Shown here: piece after piece, positions 37,347 to 51,442 of the stretch | Numbering within the stretch: position 1 is the stretch's first letter | How the letters are laid out: each line of letters starts with the position of its first letter | Origin: Novakomyces olei | Taxonomy: Eukaryota | Assembly (NCBI GenBank): GCA_016906335.1 | Contig: JADEYG010000003.1 | Location: 682,001 to 746,000 of the forward strand | Direction: 5' to 3' | Length of the DNA: 64,000 bases | Notes under the pieces: model-generated | The model's database searches: none | What the model was told of the DNA's origin: nothing | What the model saw: the letters and a program-made list of their open reading frames with translations, nothing else | Position numbers and translations under genes: made by a program

Positions 37347-37510
37347 TGATGTGCCACTATGGCTATTGACGGTTATTAAGTATCAGAAGTACACGATTAC
37401 ATTATTCTTGATTTTCATCTATTTATTTTATATCACAGCAATATATAGGCAAGAATTGATGTGTCACACACTATTGACGGTTATTCCGTATACGATTACA
37501 TTATTTTCGA
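37347..37510. repeat. Degenerate direct duplication in the PGK1 promoter
   Basis: Blocks TGATGTG, CTATTGACGGTTATT and ACGATTACATTATT each occur twice, about 100-110 bp apart, in the same order. Confidence 0.75.
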
Positions 37511-37672
37511 ATCCAATATATCCATATTGTATTACATAAAATTACTGCAATGATGAGCTCATACGGAAATGTAAAGAATAGTGCGATTGTTGCCTGACAC
37601 AATCCACACCGCTTTTTAACGGAGCACTTTTACGTACACGACGACCTCGTCAATTAAGCCCTAGTCTCGAAA

Positions 37673-39337
37673 ATGTCGCTGAGCAACAAGCTTTCCATCA
37701 CTGATCTCGATCTTAAAGATAAGCGCGTCTTTATCCGCGTAGACTTTAACGTTCCGCTCGATGAGAACAAGCACATTACCAACAACCAGCGTATCGTGGG
37801 CGCATTGCCCACGATCAAGTATGCTCTTGATCACGGTACGAAATCGTCTGTTTTACTGAAGAATGCAGCTCATATTTAGGCGCAAAAACGGTGATTCTCG
37901 CTTCGCATTTGGGCCGTCCCAATGGCCAACGCAATGAGAAATATTCGTTACGGCCAGTAGTGCCGGAATTGAGCAAACTGTTGGGCCGTCCGGTCGAGTT
38001 TCTCGACGATTGCGTTGGACCAAAGGTCGAGGAGCAAGTCAATGCGGCTTCTAATGGTACACTGATTGGAAATAATTTATAAATAGATCTTGGAAATAAA
38101 TTATTGGAAAAAAATTATTGGAAATTATTATACTAATTCAAGGCACCGTCATCTTGCTCGAGAATTTGCGTTTCCATATTGAGGAGGAAGGAAGCGCCAA
38201 AGACAAGGAGGGCAACAAGACAAAGGCTGATCCGGAGAAAGTGAAGGCTTTCCGCAAGAGTTTGACCTCTCTTGCTGATGTCTACGTGAGTATGTACAAG
38301 GGATTGTTATAGAAAAAACCACAAAACGCGTCTTTTACGCTGCTTTTATTTCGATTTTTTGTTTTTGTTTTTTTGTTTGTTTTGCTAATTACATCAGACG
38401 ATGCTTTCGGTACGGCTCACCGTGCTCACAGCTCGATGGTAGGCGTCGATCTGCCTCAGCGAGCCGCCGGCTTTCTGGTCAAGAAGGAGCTTGACTTTTT
38501 CGCCAAGGCATTGGAGCACCCAGAACGTCCGTTTCTTGCTATCCTGGGAGGAGCAAAAGTCTCTGATAAAATTCAACTTATTGATAACCTTATCACCAAG
38601 GTCGATATGATTATCGTGTGCGGTGGCATGGCGTTTACTTTTAAGAAAGTCTTGGAGAACATGAAGGTAGGTTTGGAATCCTGTAAACTGAAGTTCATTC
38701 TAACAAGCAGATTGGAAACTCTCTCTTTGACAAAGCTGGCGCAGAGAACGTTGAGCATCTGATCAAGAAGGCAAAGGAACACAATGTGGAGATCATCCTC
38801 CCCGTCGACTTTGTCACTGCGGATAAGTTCGACAAGGACGCAAACACCGGAACTGCCACGGACAAGGAGGGAATTCCGGACGGTTGGCAGGGCTTGGACT
38901 GCGGACCCAAATCACTCGAGCTTTTCGGCCAAGCAATCAAGAAAGCCAAGACTATTTTGTGGAACGGACCTGCAGGAGTCTTTGAATTCCCCAAGTTTGC
39001 AAAAGGCACTACTGGCATTATTGATCTCGTGGTCGACAGTGCCTCCAAAGGCAATACTGTCATCATCGGTAAGCAGCCCATCAGAAAAGTCAACCAAGAC
39101 ACGTGAAAAGTTATCTTCGTTTAGTTTTATTCATTTCTGCACGCTATATTCTACTTTATTTCAGCATTGTTTTTACTATGAAAAATCTAACGTACAGGCG
39201 GTGGAGACTCGGCAACGGCAATCGCTCAATCTGGCAAGGAGGATAAAGTTTCACATGTGTCCACTGGCGGTGGAGCTTCTCTCGAACTGCTTGAGGGCAA
39301 AGCTTTGCCCGGTGTTGTCGCATTGAGCGACAAGTAA
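37673..39337 (+). CDS. PGK1: Phosphoglycerate kinase; 5 introns (37836-37879, 38057-38142, 38290-38397, 38667-38710, 39069-39197)
   Basis: [64 protein letters not shown]. Confidence 0.98.
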
Positions 39338-39801
39338 GCGTTTTATTGTTCGTAGTTTCGCATGTTAAGAGCCGTTACGTTTGATCTCGAGTTGGACTCT
39401 TGCCAATAACAGATGTCGTTATAATTAAGTTTGATAGAAAAGTATCCAGAAAAAGCCAGTAGTCTACTTTTCTTTGTGTAGAGGCATATGGATGAGAACC
39501 TATTTTATTGATTGGGCGAGTAGACTAAAATACTTTTCTATTATCGTTTATAATACTCAAAAAATGGGCAGTTAATGCAGCCATGTTGCCTGTCTATGTG
39601 CTATGAATTAGACGCACGCCATTAAACAAGAGCAGACAATATAAATATAAATCAGTCGCATGATTAAAACAAATCTCTCGACTGACCGGGACGGGAATTT
39701 GAGTCTGAAGAAACTGTGTTAATTTATTTGAGAATTTCCAGCGCAAACCCCGTATATTCTTTTGAAAATTATAAAGGTCTTTGTCACAGCACGAAACCCA
39801 T

Positions 39802-42443
39802 TTATTTCTGGAAATGCATTGTCCAATTTGGCAGCCATTTGCGTCGTAAAGCCTCTTCTGGACTCAAGCCAACATTTCCATAAGTAAGAGGCGCGAAAAA
39901 CAGAAAACAGGAAACAATGGCAACGAGGTAAATAGCGGTAAACACCCACTGGCCGTAGATCGAAGCATTGTCTGGGCCACTGATTTGCTTTCCGCTATTG
40001 CTCTTTTTCCCATCCGCCAATACGTCGGAACTAGTGGCCTTTGAGCCAGGCAGAGGAATTGCAACACGCCGAGAGCTCTCAAACGACTTTTCAAACAAAA
40101 ACTGGCTTACTGCTCCAGCAATAAGGCACTGGGTGATATAGGCTGGGAGATAATGGTGCAGAAACAACTGCCTGCCCATTAAAAAGAAGGGAAAATAGTG
40201 AGCCGCCCATGCAACCAGGAAGAACCCTATCGAACGGTAAAGACGGGCACGCGTGGCCTTGTCCAGGATCCGTTCTCCACGCCGATGACTGACGATGTCG
40301 CCCAAGAACACTCCGGCAATAATTGCCGTAAGTCCCAGTGACCCCCACCAGGCAGCCGGGTTGCCGATGAAATAAATCTGCTGCTTTGTCGCCTCTTTTG
40401 TCCAAAAGGAAACGCCTCCGAGCAAAAAGGGCCATGAAATTGGGGTGGAAGCGTAAGGATGACTGGAAGTAAGGGCATTATTATGAGAGAACATTGCACG
40501 CTGGAGCTCAAAGTACTTTACAAGGAAGGGAAGGAGCTTGACTTTTCTCTCCTCCTTGTGCAGACGTTTCTCGTCTTGCAGATCAATGATCTCATCAAAG
40601 TACCAGATATTACCAGACTCTGCTATTTTTTTATTGCCATTAATCTCATACTGTCCAAAAGCCCACTCGGGAAGAGTGTTTGGATGAGTCCAGAGCGCAA
40701 CTTTGCTCGGGTAATGAACTAGTTTCAGTTCGCCTGCTTTTGTGCGCACAATAGAGTTCTTATTTTCCCGGTCCATTCGAATTTGAAACAGTGTATCATT
40801 GTGCCGAGGGCCAAAGCAATCTTCACGGGAAACAGTAGTAAACTCCTGGTTCGTGGGGAACTGAGGAGAAGCAACATCGTGGCTGAGTAAGTAGCTGTCT
40901 GTAGTAACGTGATGCAGTTTAACTAGCTCGTTGTTTCGCACGGGGACCGGGTGCTCTTCGCCAGGGACGAGAGGATTTGCCGGCAGGATGATCCATTCAT
41001 TGTTGTCGTCGGGGTAGAGGTAACCAGTAACTTGCTGGCCTGATTTGTTAGAAGAACTAAACCTAGACTAGAATAGAATAAAATAAAGTAAATTGAACTT
41101 AATTGAATAAACAAACAAACAAACAAACAAACAAACAAACAAACAAACAAACAAACAAACAAACAAACAAACAAACAAACAAACAAACAAAATGCATATT
41201 GCTTACCCTGAGACGAAATCCGCCCGTCTTCATAGCGCAGAGGATAATGCTCGTTGTGAGAGTGCAGGTAGACTTTCAAGTCCTTGTGACGAATAGTGAT
41301 CTTGTCATAGTAATGTACTTCAACGCTATCGCGCATCAAGGGGCTATCGGCCAGAGTTTCCTGAAAACTTGGTGACATGAAACTGTCTCCAGGCCCAGAC
41401 TGGGTCAGAATTGCGAAATGAATATAAAACCAGCCGAGAAACAATAAGAAGGGCACAACAACGAGCGAAACTAAGCGCACGTAAAAGTGACGATAAATTT
41501 GAGAGAGCTTCAACCCCCGACGAATATCGAGTAACTCCCACAGGTCAATAGCCACCGCAGTGCCCACAGTAAGAAATGTAAAAAACCCAACGTATTTAGT
41601 ACTAATCGTGAAACTCAACGCGACGCCTGTTACGAAAAGCCATTTGAACCACAATGCAGAAAAAGGTCGGTGACGATGAGAATAAAATCGAATATAGCAG
41701 TAAAGCGATAGAGTCATGGCGAGAGAAAGCGTAGAGTCGAGTAGTATCAGTCTGTCTTCCGTAATGTGAGCATTATCTAAGAATTAGCTTCAGAATTATT
41801 ATAATCAAATTAGATTACCGAAAAGAAGTAGCGAGGAGGACAGAATGGCAGCTGCGAGATTGTAGCCCGACGTCTTCATAATCATAAACACAAGAGGTAC
41901 ATTAAGAGCTCCAACAATAGCGGGCACAACGCGAAGACCAACGTATGGTACTTTGTGGTAAGCATAAGACTCGCCAATTTCATCAAACAGAAAATGGCCG
42001 TCGTAGCCAATCAGCCATCCAGCAAATGCAATAAGCAGCTTTCCAAATGGAGGATGCACGTCGAAAAAATAGACCCTTTTCAAGTACTGATCTGGTTAGT
42101 TGGAGAACGGTAAACCTAAGAACTTGCATATGATGCAAACTTTCCGAAATGAACTTCGTCAAACCTAGAGCGTGTTAATTTCAGGCGCGTTTATCATCAC
42201 TTACACAACTTCGTCCGGGTAATTGATCTTGTAAAGACGCGTGGCAAATGCAAGAATAGTGATTATAGCGAACGCTGCCTTGTCTGCTTTTGACCAGCCT
42301 TTGGCTGCGTACGCGTCGAGCTCCTTGTTCTGCAAAGGTAAGCAGTCCAGCCAATTGAACAAAGATCACTAACTTACCACTTCAATTGCCTTTTGTGCAT
42401 CTTTGGGCACAGATTTTTTGGCTGTGCCCTTTTGCTGAGCCAT
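39802..42443 (-). CDS. PMT4: Dolichyl-phosphate-mannose protein O-mannosyltransferase, PMT4 subfamily, multi-exon
   Basis: FDEVHFGKFASY, FFDVHPPFGKLL, the PMT4-type YPLRYEDGRISSQGQQVTGY, MIR domains, MGRQLFLHHYLP. Confidence 0.93.
41109..41188. repeat. (AAAC)20 microsatellite within a PMT4 intron
   Basis: Direct reading of the sequence. Reads (GTTT)n on the sense strand. Confidence 0.97.
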
Positions 42444-42733
42444 TGCCGTTGACCGAGAATTCCTATCGGCTGTTGGTAAATGGGCAATTAGTCGTGTAGC
42501 TCCTGTACGTGTAACCACTTAATTCCCTCACCAACGGGGTTAATTAGATTTGATTTTATTTGTGCTCGTATACAATGTGATAGTTAGGGTTAGTAATAGT
42601 ACCGGCATTATTACTAATATTATTACCAAAATTATTACCAAAATTATTACCAATCTCTTACTATTACGCTACTGTATTAATTGCAAATATACTGTGAAAA
42701 AACAATAATCATCAATAAAATGCCCTTTTCGTG

Positions 42734-44446
42734 ATGGACGTCGACTTTGCGTCGCTGAGTATGCAATTAACGCCAGTATGCAAGCAAAACTGACTCGTGT
42801 TAGAAAGCGAACGTGTCGGTATCGATGCCATTGAAACTGGGTACACAGAACAGGCACAAACTGCGCTTAATGCGATCGACCGCAAGAATCGAGCGCGCCA
42901 GGTTAATGTTCCAACTGACGACGAAAAAGTAAAGCAGCTACTGCAGCAGCTGAAGCAGCCTTCTATTCTGTCAAATGAAGGACCCGCTGATCGGCGTGAA
43001 CGGCTGAGGTACGTTATACTGGACGCCAGCGAAGGCGCTCTTGGCGACGAGCTCAGGGTAGGTTTTAATCTTTTCTATTCATTCATGCTTTGCTCGAGTG
43101 CTATTTATTTTGAGTGTTTTAATTTGACTAATTTTTATTCTATTTTATTTTGTTTTCTTTTATTTATTTATTTTTTAATTACCGTTTTTCTGTGTGAGTA
43201 CTAAAATTAAAGACGACTCTAGACAAGGAACCAGGAGGAGATGAAGAGGATGAAGAGGAGGAGGAAGAGGAATTTTATACTCCAGGAGGCCCAGAACTGC
43301 TAGCGCACCGTCGCTGGCTGGCAAAATACTCGCTCCCCCGCACACGAGATCGTCTAACGAGGGAAAGCAAAGAGTCGAGGACACCGTTCTCCCGAGTTTT
43401 GGACTACCGTAAACGTTTAAACAAAAGCTTTGACGAAATAGTATCCCTCGGGTCACAAGTTGCGTCGGAACGGCCTGTTTCTCTTGTGCGAGTATCGCCC
43501 GATGGAAAGTCAGTGGCCGCTGGTACCTGGAGCGGCCACGTCAAACTGTTTGATGTCCCAAATTTACAGGAAACCCAGTCGTGGAGGGGTGCAGAGGCAG
43601 ACAAAGTAGGAGGCCTTGCCTGGCACCCGGCCGCTACTCTTACCCAATCACAGGATTCCCTTTCCCTGGTTTCAACAGGCAGCAATGGAACCGTTGACCT
43701 ATGGAGCCTGGGCAGTAGCAAACCTCTGTCTACGCTGACCGGACACAATGGCCGAGTTTGTCGTACAGAGTTCCACCCGTCTGGACGTATTGTTGGCACT
43801 GCTGGATTTGATGCAACAGTTCGATTATGGGACGTGGAAACTGGCCAGGCTATTCTTGTGCAGGAAGGTCATTCACGGGAAGTATTTGCTGTAGCTTTTC
43901 AGCCTGAAGATGGAGCTCTATATGCTTCTGGAGGCCTTGATGCTATTGGTAGGGTCTGGGACTTGAGGACAGGCCGGACTATAATGGTTCTGGATGGTCA
44001 TATTCGTGAAATTACCAGCCTGGATTTCGGTAATGCTTACCAGGTGGCCAGTGGCGCACAGGACGATAGTGTAAAAATATGGGACATCCGTATGGTGCGC
44101 TGCCTATACACTATACCGGCACACAAGAGCACCGTGTCGGATGTACGGTTTTTCCGAGGGCAAAGCGTGTGCGGCGTGGCTGCCGATGACGGTGTTCCCG
44201 TGAGGGGCACTTTTTTCGTCACGTCGGGATACGACGGACATGTTAATGTATGCTGATTGCAAATTAATCTTATGAATGCTAATTGTACAGATCTGGAGTT
44301 CCAACGACTGGACTCTGCAAAAATCGCTCGCAGGACACGAGCCTAAAGTCATGTCGGCGGATATTGATCCGAATGGACAGTTCTTCGTGTCGAGCGGATG
44401 GGATAGAACGATAAAGTTATGGGCCAATGAGAACGTAAACATGTAG
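42734..44446 (+). CDS. PRP4: U4/U6 snRNP WD40 protein Prp4 (PRPF4); introns 42759-42803, 43058-43212, 44248-44290
   Basis: SFM motif VPTDDEKVK..L..EGPADRRERLR, EEFYTPG..YSLPR, and WD repeats (QEGHSREV, SGGLDAIGRVWDLRTGR, TIPAH, SSGWDRTIKLW). Confidence 0.93.
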
Positions 44447-44674
44447 CTGGCTAGCGACTTGATGAATTTAATAGGAAGGAATTGGATAAGCGGTATAGTA
44501 ATATATCAGACTGGAAGGATTTCAGTAATTAATACGTAGTCGGGAAATAAAAAACACGAATTGAACAGTGGTGCATGGTTCTGTATTAAGATTACTCGTG
44601 GCTAATTCATAGAAGCCGCAAGCAGCGCCAATTGATCTTTTGGGCGAAATGCCATACTTTAAGTATTCTACAAA

Positions 44675-45187
44675 TCATGCAGACTTGCGGTCCAGATCGA
44701 GTAAGAAAGCTTCTAGATCAAACTTGGGATCATCCGGGTTGGTAATGGCTGCGTGCCGGGTCAGAATTCAGATTGATCATCAAAATAAAAACAAAAGAAA
44801 ATAAAACATAAAGCAAAACAAAGGGATTGCATGCAAGGTTTAAAAAGAAAAATTTACCACTGCTGCCGGAGGAGACGGGATGATCTTTAGCCCATTGCGC
44901 TTTGGCTTTTTCAATAGCGAGCTCGCGTTTGTGGTATAACTCTGCGGTCTTGTGCTCTTCAGAAGCTTGCACTAGGCTGCGATTGTGGAAGAAGCCGTAT
45001 ACAATACCACCAGCAAGAGCCGACCAGCGGGCAACCTATAATTTTTCAAAAAAAAAAATGTCACAGAGCAGCAAAGGCCCCATAACATTATAAAAAATAG
45101 ATTAGCGACGATTGCACTCGGACGTGGACACCGGAACAAAGTTCCAGTATTTCAATTGATACGTACATTTAGCTGAACCGATGCCAT
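44675..45187 (-). CDS. TIM11: Mitochondrial ATP synthase subunit e; introns 45036-45166 and 44749-44857
   Basis: Spliced MASVQLN|VARWSALAGGIVYGFFHNRSL...IEKAKAQWAK...ITNPDDPKFDLEAFL, with GxxxG TM motif. Confidence 0.88.
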
Positions 45188-45983
45188 TACGACTAAACGT
45201 CTATTCGACAGCCGGATTTATGTTTTGCTTTCCCGTAGCTGTCGTCGGACAGAGTAAAACTCGAGTCAATGGCAGATAAGTAATGCTAGAGCAGCCTATG
45301 GTTTCAAGTAATGCTGTGATGTTTTAGCAGCACACATATAATATGGACAAAATAACAATATAGACAAAATATAGACAATGTGATTATGGTTACTTGAATT
45401 TGACCGTTTTACTTTTATTACTCGCATTACTTGTAATGGAGCTTGAAGCAATACAGCTCGCACAACGCTTGTACGTCGAAGACGAGAATGTAGTCTCGAA
45501 ACTTTTAGACTGTTTTTTAAGTATCACTGAATAAAAGTTATGGATGGCTGTTTAAAGTCGTGTCCATCCATAAGTTTTAATTTTAATTCTAGTTTAAATT
45601 TCAGTTTTAGTTTTAATTTTAATTTAATTTAATGTTATTTTTTGCTTTTATTTGCAATTCTTTTTCCACAAGACCCAACAGTAAATGTGTCCACATATAA
45701 TCAATATATTGCTTATTGTGAAGCCGATAAAGTGAGCTATATCTTTAGCATTGCTTGGCCGTATTACAAGTAGGTCAGCAGCTTACTCTCCCTGCTGACA
45801 GATTAGTGTCACCCTCGATATATATACTCTCAACCTCATACTTGATAATGCCACCTATTGTTGTGTAACCAGCTTTGTGCAACATGGCCCGCCCACGCAG
45901 AGCAGTATAGATTGACCTTTTCCAACCGTCAGACTTACGAAAAACAAAACCTAGGTTGTATCTCCCAGCGTTCCACGGACAAT

Positions 45984-47119
45984 ATGCGTCTTATTATTCG
46001 CGATGACAAAATTGCCACCTCGCAATATGTGGCAAATTACGTGAAGCAACGCATCAACAATTTCAGTCCTACACGTGAAAGGCCTTTTGTTTTAGGTTTA
46101 CCCACTGGCTCTTCGCCAGAATTAATATACCGCGGCCTTGTCGAGTCATATCGCAAAGGCGAAGTGTCCTTTCGACACGTGGTTACTTTTAACATGGTAA
46201 AAAGGAGTTGCATAAATATTCATATTTACGATTACAGGATGAATATGTTGGTCTGCCCCGCGATCATCCCGAAAGTTACCACAGTTTCATGTGGAAGCAT
46301 TTATTCTCACACATTGATATCGACCCGGCCAATGTGCACATTCTCGACGGCAATGCTACCGACCTGGTCAAAGAGTGCAATGAGTATGAAGAGAAAATTC
46401 GCCGTGTAGGTGGCATCGAGCTATTTCTTGGTGGCATTGGTCCGGACGGTCACATTGCCTTTAATGAGTAAGTAAAGAGGAGAAAAAATCCAATAAATTG
46501 ATCATAAACGTGTACGATTTGAAGTGCAAGATCGTTCAAAACAAAATGTTAAAGAGAAATTGGCAGCTCTTAAGCAAGAAATTCTTTATTCCAGAAACAA
46601 ATCTAATAAGCAGACCCGGATCATCACTGAAATCACGCACTCGGATCAAGACCCTCGCATACGAAACGATTCTGGCCAATTCGCGATTCTTTGGCGGTGA
46701 TATGAACAATGTACCAAAGGCTGCCCTGACTGTTGGAGTTGCTACAGTAATGGACGCAAAAGAGGTTATAATCATTATCACAGGCGCTGCAAAGGCACTA
46801 GCGCTGGCTAAATGTGTGGAAGAGGGTGTCAACCATATGTACACGGTCAGCATGCTCCAAATGCACCCGCATCCAATGTAAGTATCTTTTGACTATTATT
46901 TTTCGTACAAACTATATTTATATAAAATGCGAATGACTGTTGTTACTAACATCTAGGCTCGTTGTGGATGAGGATGCCACGCTTGAACTTAAAGTGAAGA
47001 CTGTAAAATACTTCAAGTCTATAGAATTTGTGCAGCGCCAACTGGACCGCAGAGAGTACTTGTCCAGGTCAGCTAGAACGGTGTCTGGTTCTGGCCTGCA
47101 GACCAACGGGGCCGATTAA
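45984..47119 (+). CDS. NAG1: Glucosamine-6-phosphate deaminase; 3 introns
   Basis: [54 protein letters not shown]. Confidence 0.96.
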
Positions 47120-47797
47120 ACGGCAAATCCTTGGGAATCTGGTTCGCCAAAAACAATATCAAAATGAAAAACGTGTACAGCACTTTGAAAAAGAGGGCAC
47201 TGTCGTCGGATCTTCATCATTGACGACGCAACCCTCAGCAACAAAACAATCCTCCCCACCATTATTGTGTAATTCTAGTCATTTTAATGTTACATATAGA
47301 CCGAAACAAGTCATTTGCAAAGTGCGTGCCTATAAGCGTGTAAACTTGACCGTCAAAAAATGACCCAGCTCTTCGTCTGTCTTGTCGGCCGTAATGTCGT
47401 ATGGGAACGTCATAGTATGGCCGTAAAAATAAATTTAATAATTATCACGAATATCACTGACGGTAATTATTTCGGCATATCTCCACTCTGACACAGTACC
47501 TGAAACAGACACAAGTAACTATGGAATAGTGGCAGCTTTACGGATACTTTTACCAAAGTACAACGTCTAAACGATAACACGAGACGAGTTGTGTATACAA
47601 TTCTCATACGCTATAGTTGTCGTCGATAACCCATTTAGCGTTTGAGACGTGACGGAATAATACTGGAAAAGCAGCGTTACAGAGCGATATTAATGAAATA
47701 TAAAATAGACGAAATATTAATAAATATTAATGAATGAAATATTAATAAATGACCAAAAACAGGAACAAGCAAACATGGAACGCAGCAGTTGATCCTT

Positions 47798-50700
47798 ATG
47801 CGCGCCCTTGTAAAGTACGTCAGCGGGCATTTAAAGTTCTAATTTAGTATTGAGTTGCCAACGTTTACTGTTGTTTCTGTTCGCTGCTAACATTGCAAGG
47901 TCGCTTATTGCCTTTGTCCGCGACCTTTACCGCCAATGGCTTGTCCATTTTTGTCTCGTGTGCCTCGTGCTCGTACGCCCGATCGGCCGGCACATTCACC
48001 ACGGAGGAAGCGCCTTTCTTGTCATAACGGCACAGACGCTCTTCTACCCTGTTAAAGATACTGTCGGCGGTCAGCTGGAAAGCACAGCTTACGGCCTACT
48101 CGGGACTATACTGGCAATTGCTACAAGTGCAGCGGCCAAAGGCTTTGCTGTGTTAGCAATAGCGAACGGGTACAGTGGCCAAGCAGTGCTGGCAGTGTTT
48201 CTCTCACTGGCGGCCTTTCTTGCCTCGTATATTCGCAGCCGCTATGGGCTTGTTACTCTGAGTATAAGCTGGGTATTTTGGTGCATTTTTTCTCTGACTA
48301 CGGGTACGCTCGAGCGCAGTGTCACTGCCTGGTACATCCTCGACACTCTGCTCCCGAGTCTGCTGGCCGCCTGTGCCAGTCTTGTCATCCCACTGCTGCT
48401 GCCGCCTTACACTACGGCCACGTACGAAGTGGGATCGTGCCTTGTCGCCATCCTGGAGAACCAGAGATCCTTTCTGACAGAGTCAATGCAGACGTTTTTC
48501 ACTCCGCCGAGGACACGTGAGCGCCGGGTGGCCTCTGAAGCTTCGCTGCTTAAAGCCAGGATACTGTCGCTGGCAAAAATTAACCGTTTCTCTACACTAC
48601 TGAACGATACAAAGTACGAACCCAATTTCTCCTTTGTCCCAGTGAAATCGTTTAGGCCCTTTTACGCTGCACTTATGCGGTCGCGGAGTACGCTTGTGGC
48701 CATTGCGGACGCAGTGGCCACAGAGCTCTCTGCTTTTGAAGAGCTGTTGGAGACGGTTACTACGGGCGAAGGCAGGGTACAGGAGGAGCCTGAGCCTGAG
48801 CCTACGAGATTTAAGTCGGCCATGTCGACGAGGACAAGTGTGCTCAAAGTTACGCGCTGGTTCCAACGGCAGCTGGATACGTTTGCCAACTATGACGATT
48901 TCAGTCAGCTGGGCATTGAGGCGAATATCGACTTTTACGCGCCAAGACTGGCTGCCCGGCTGGCGGCAGCAAGCATGCCAGACACGGCTCCTCCAGCATC
49001 CTCACCTGCTCTTCAGCAGAGCTCAGCAGCGGCAAGTGTCTATGACGAGTACAAGGCAGGCGTGCAAAGGTACCTGCAGGACCCGGCAGACCATCGGTCG
49101 CAAGTGTACTCAGATGCGGTTGACCCTACAATACTCTACCGGCACTTGCAGGCCTTCAAGACAAACACGCTGGCATTTGTACGTGTCCTTGATGCAGGTT
49201 TTGCCGTTGTTATAGAGAGCACTAAATGGAACTCTGGGATCAGCAGCAGCAGCAGCCGGTCTCAGTCGCCTCCAAAGTTCTTTGAGGCCTTCAAGCTGGA
49301 AACAGCGGCTCTCGCAGACGCAGTTGCCCGCTTTGAGCATCAGTGCTGTGAGTCACTCATCTATGCGTCCGTAGACGAGTACGGTAGTGCAAGCAAAAGC
49401 CATAGGCCCAATGTAAGCGTCGAGGCCCGTGACCTGTTTGGCCAAGACCTGTACGTGACTGCGTACTTTGTAACTAACCTGCTGCGAATGGGACGGCAGC
49501 TGCTTTCGCTCGAGTACATTGCTCTCGACCAGTCTGCGCAACGGTCGTCCTTTCGGCAGATATGGTTCGCTTCCTTGCTCGAACTGCTGCGTAAGCGTCG
49601 GTGGATAAGTAGTGCCGATGGTGCTGAGGCCGACGGTGATTCCGCACTCGACCATTCACAGTTCCTCGACTCTATCAGCGCTCCAGCGGCACCTGATCCG
49701 TTTGATGGCGACTTTGATATAGAGGAAAAACAAGAGAAAAGTGGTAGGTCCCGACCTTGCAGACTTGTGTTACAGGCCCGGCGAAGACTGGCAGCAGCAG
49801 TGACTGCCGCTGCTCACTCGAGCCACCTTCGCTACGCCTTCAAGATGGCCGTTGCTATCGGCCTGTCCTCTGTGCCGGCTTACGTTGATGCGTCACGCTG
49901 GTGGTTCGAGTCCTGGCGGTGCCAGTGGGCTCTTGTCACGATCGTTTATGTGCTGGAAACGTCTCTCGCCGTTACGGTAAGGACACTTGTCTTGCGAATG
50001 TCGGCCACTATCCTCGGGGCAGTCTTTGGGTTTGTTGTATGGGAAGCCTGCCACCGGAATGCCTTTGGCATTGCCGCCTTCTTGGGCACAGTGGCCGTCT
50101 GCAATGCCTTTATCATGTACAGGACACGGTACAAGCCGATTGGCGTCGTGTTCAACGTGACCTGGGCGCCTATTATATTCCTGAAATACTATGGACAGGA
50201 GGCAGACACGCTCAGTGTCCTTGTCGCCCTGACACGTGGCACTACCGTCGCTGCCGGCATTGTAATCGCCCTATTGGTTAATCTGGTCCTCTATCCTTAC
50301 AAGGCTCGAACACAGCTGGTTATAGAGATCCATAGGCTGCTCAAGGACATGACGGACATGTACGCCTCCATGTCTCGGCACTTGCTGCATCTGCAGTCGC
50401 CCTCTGCTCCAGAGATTGCGGAATATGAGGGGCAAATGTGGCTGCATTTGAACAGAGCAGCTGCCTTTCTCGGGCTGACAAGGCTCGAGTTTAGGCTGCA
50501 GGGGCCCTTTCCCAGTGACGTGTTTGGCGAGCTGCTTTATAGACTCGAAAGACTGGTCAATCGGATGCTTACACTCAGCGAAACACGAAGGCATTTTGGG
50601 CCACGCATGTACGAGCGAACGGTGTATGGCATATTCGATAATCGCCAGAAATTTATTGCCGACTTGACCATGTGCCTCTACGCTCTGGACCACGCTATCC

Positions 50701-50990
50701 TCTCTCACTCGCCACTGCCCCAATTTATCAGCAATCCGAGGACAGCGCTGTCCGCTCTCAGAGAGACCATTGAGGGGACACTGCAGACGCTGATGCGTGA
50801 AGTTCGGGACGAGAGAGCGAGTGCTCACCGCACATCTGCTCCGGTGAAGATTGAGACGGGGCTCTTGTACAGCTTTGCCGAGTTTCTTGTTCTGAACCAG
50901 TTGATTTCCGATGTTAGCCATTTGATGTTTGTCGCAAAGAATATCGTAGGCGAGCATTTGCTCCTTTCCAAGAGCGAGCTGCTCGAATGA
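47798..50990 (+). CDS. Large FUSC/aromatic-acid-exporter (ArAE)-like membrane protein; probable short first exon 47798-47814, intron 47815-47899
   Basis: N-terminal TM bundle, long loop, and C-terminal FUSC-like TM bundle (RYAFKMAVA, WALVT, RMSATILG), followed by YPYKAR and EFRLQGPFP. Confidence 0.8.
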
Positions 50991-51442
50991 ATACAGACGT
51001 GAACGAGGAAAGGAAAGGAAAGAGAGGGAGACAAGAGGTGGTGAAGAAGGGAAAATGGATTTTTGGACAACACTGCTGCATTCAAATACTGCTCGTAAAT
51101 GGGGGTATAGGGTAGAGCTCGCTATTTTCTGCACTCTATTTTCCGAAAGGAACTATTCCATGTGTATACCTGTATTATTATATACCATTTAGATTTGTAC
51201 CTTTTATGTCAATACCAATCAATACCCCTGTGACGGATTGGGGGATTTTTTTTGTTTTTTTTTAGTATTTTTCAGTATTTTGTTTTATTGCTATTTTTGA
51301 TGAATAGACTGTCGGCTGATTATGTATAATAAACGCTTTGGAGAAGTTGTCCTCGCACTTGCACAGTATAGAGCTATTAAGCAATGGCTGCCGAGTTTGC
51401 CCGTTATAAATTGCTTATTGCCCATCGCCCTTGTATAGATAT

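Noticed and set aside
41103-41375. (NKQT)n and (FVCL)n peptide repeats
   Set aside because: Translation of the intronic (AAAC)n microsatellite.
45434-45445. AATGGAGCTT resembling an RNase MRP conserved region
   Set aside because: The upstream GAAAGTCCCC-type element needed for the P4 helix was not found.
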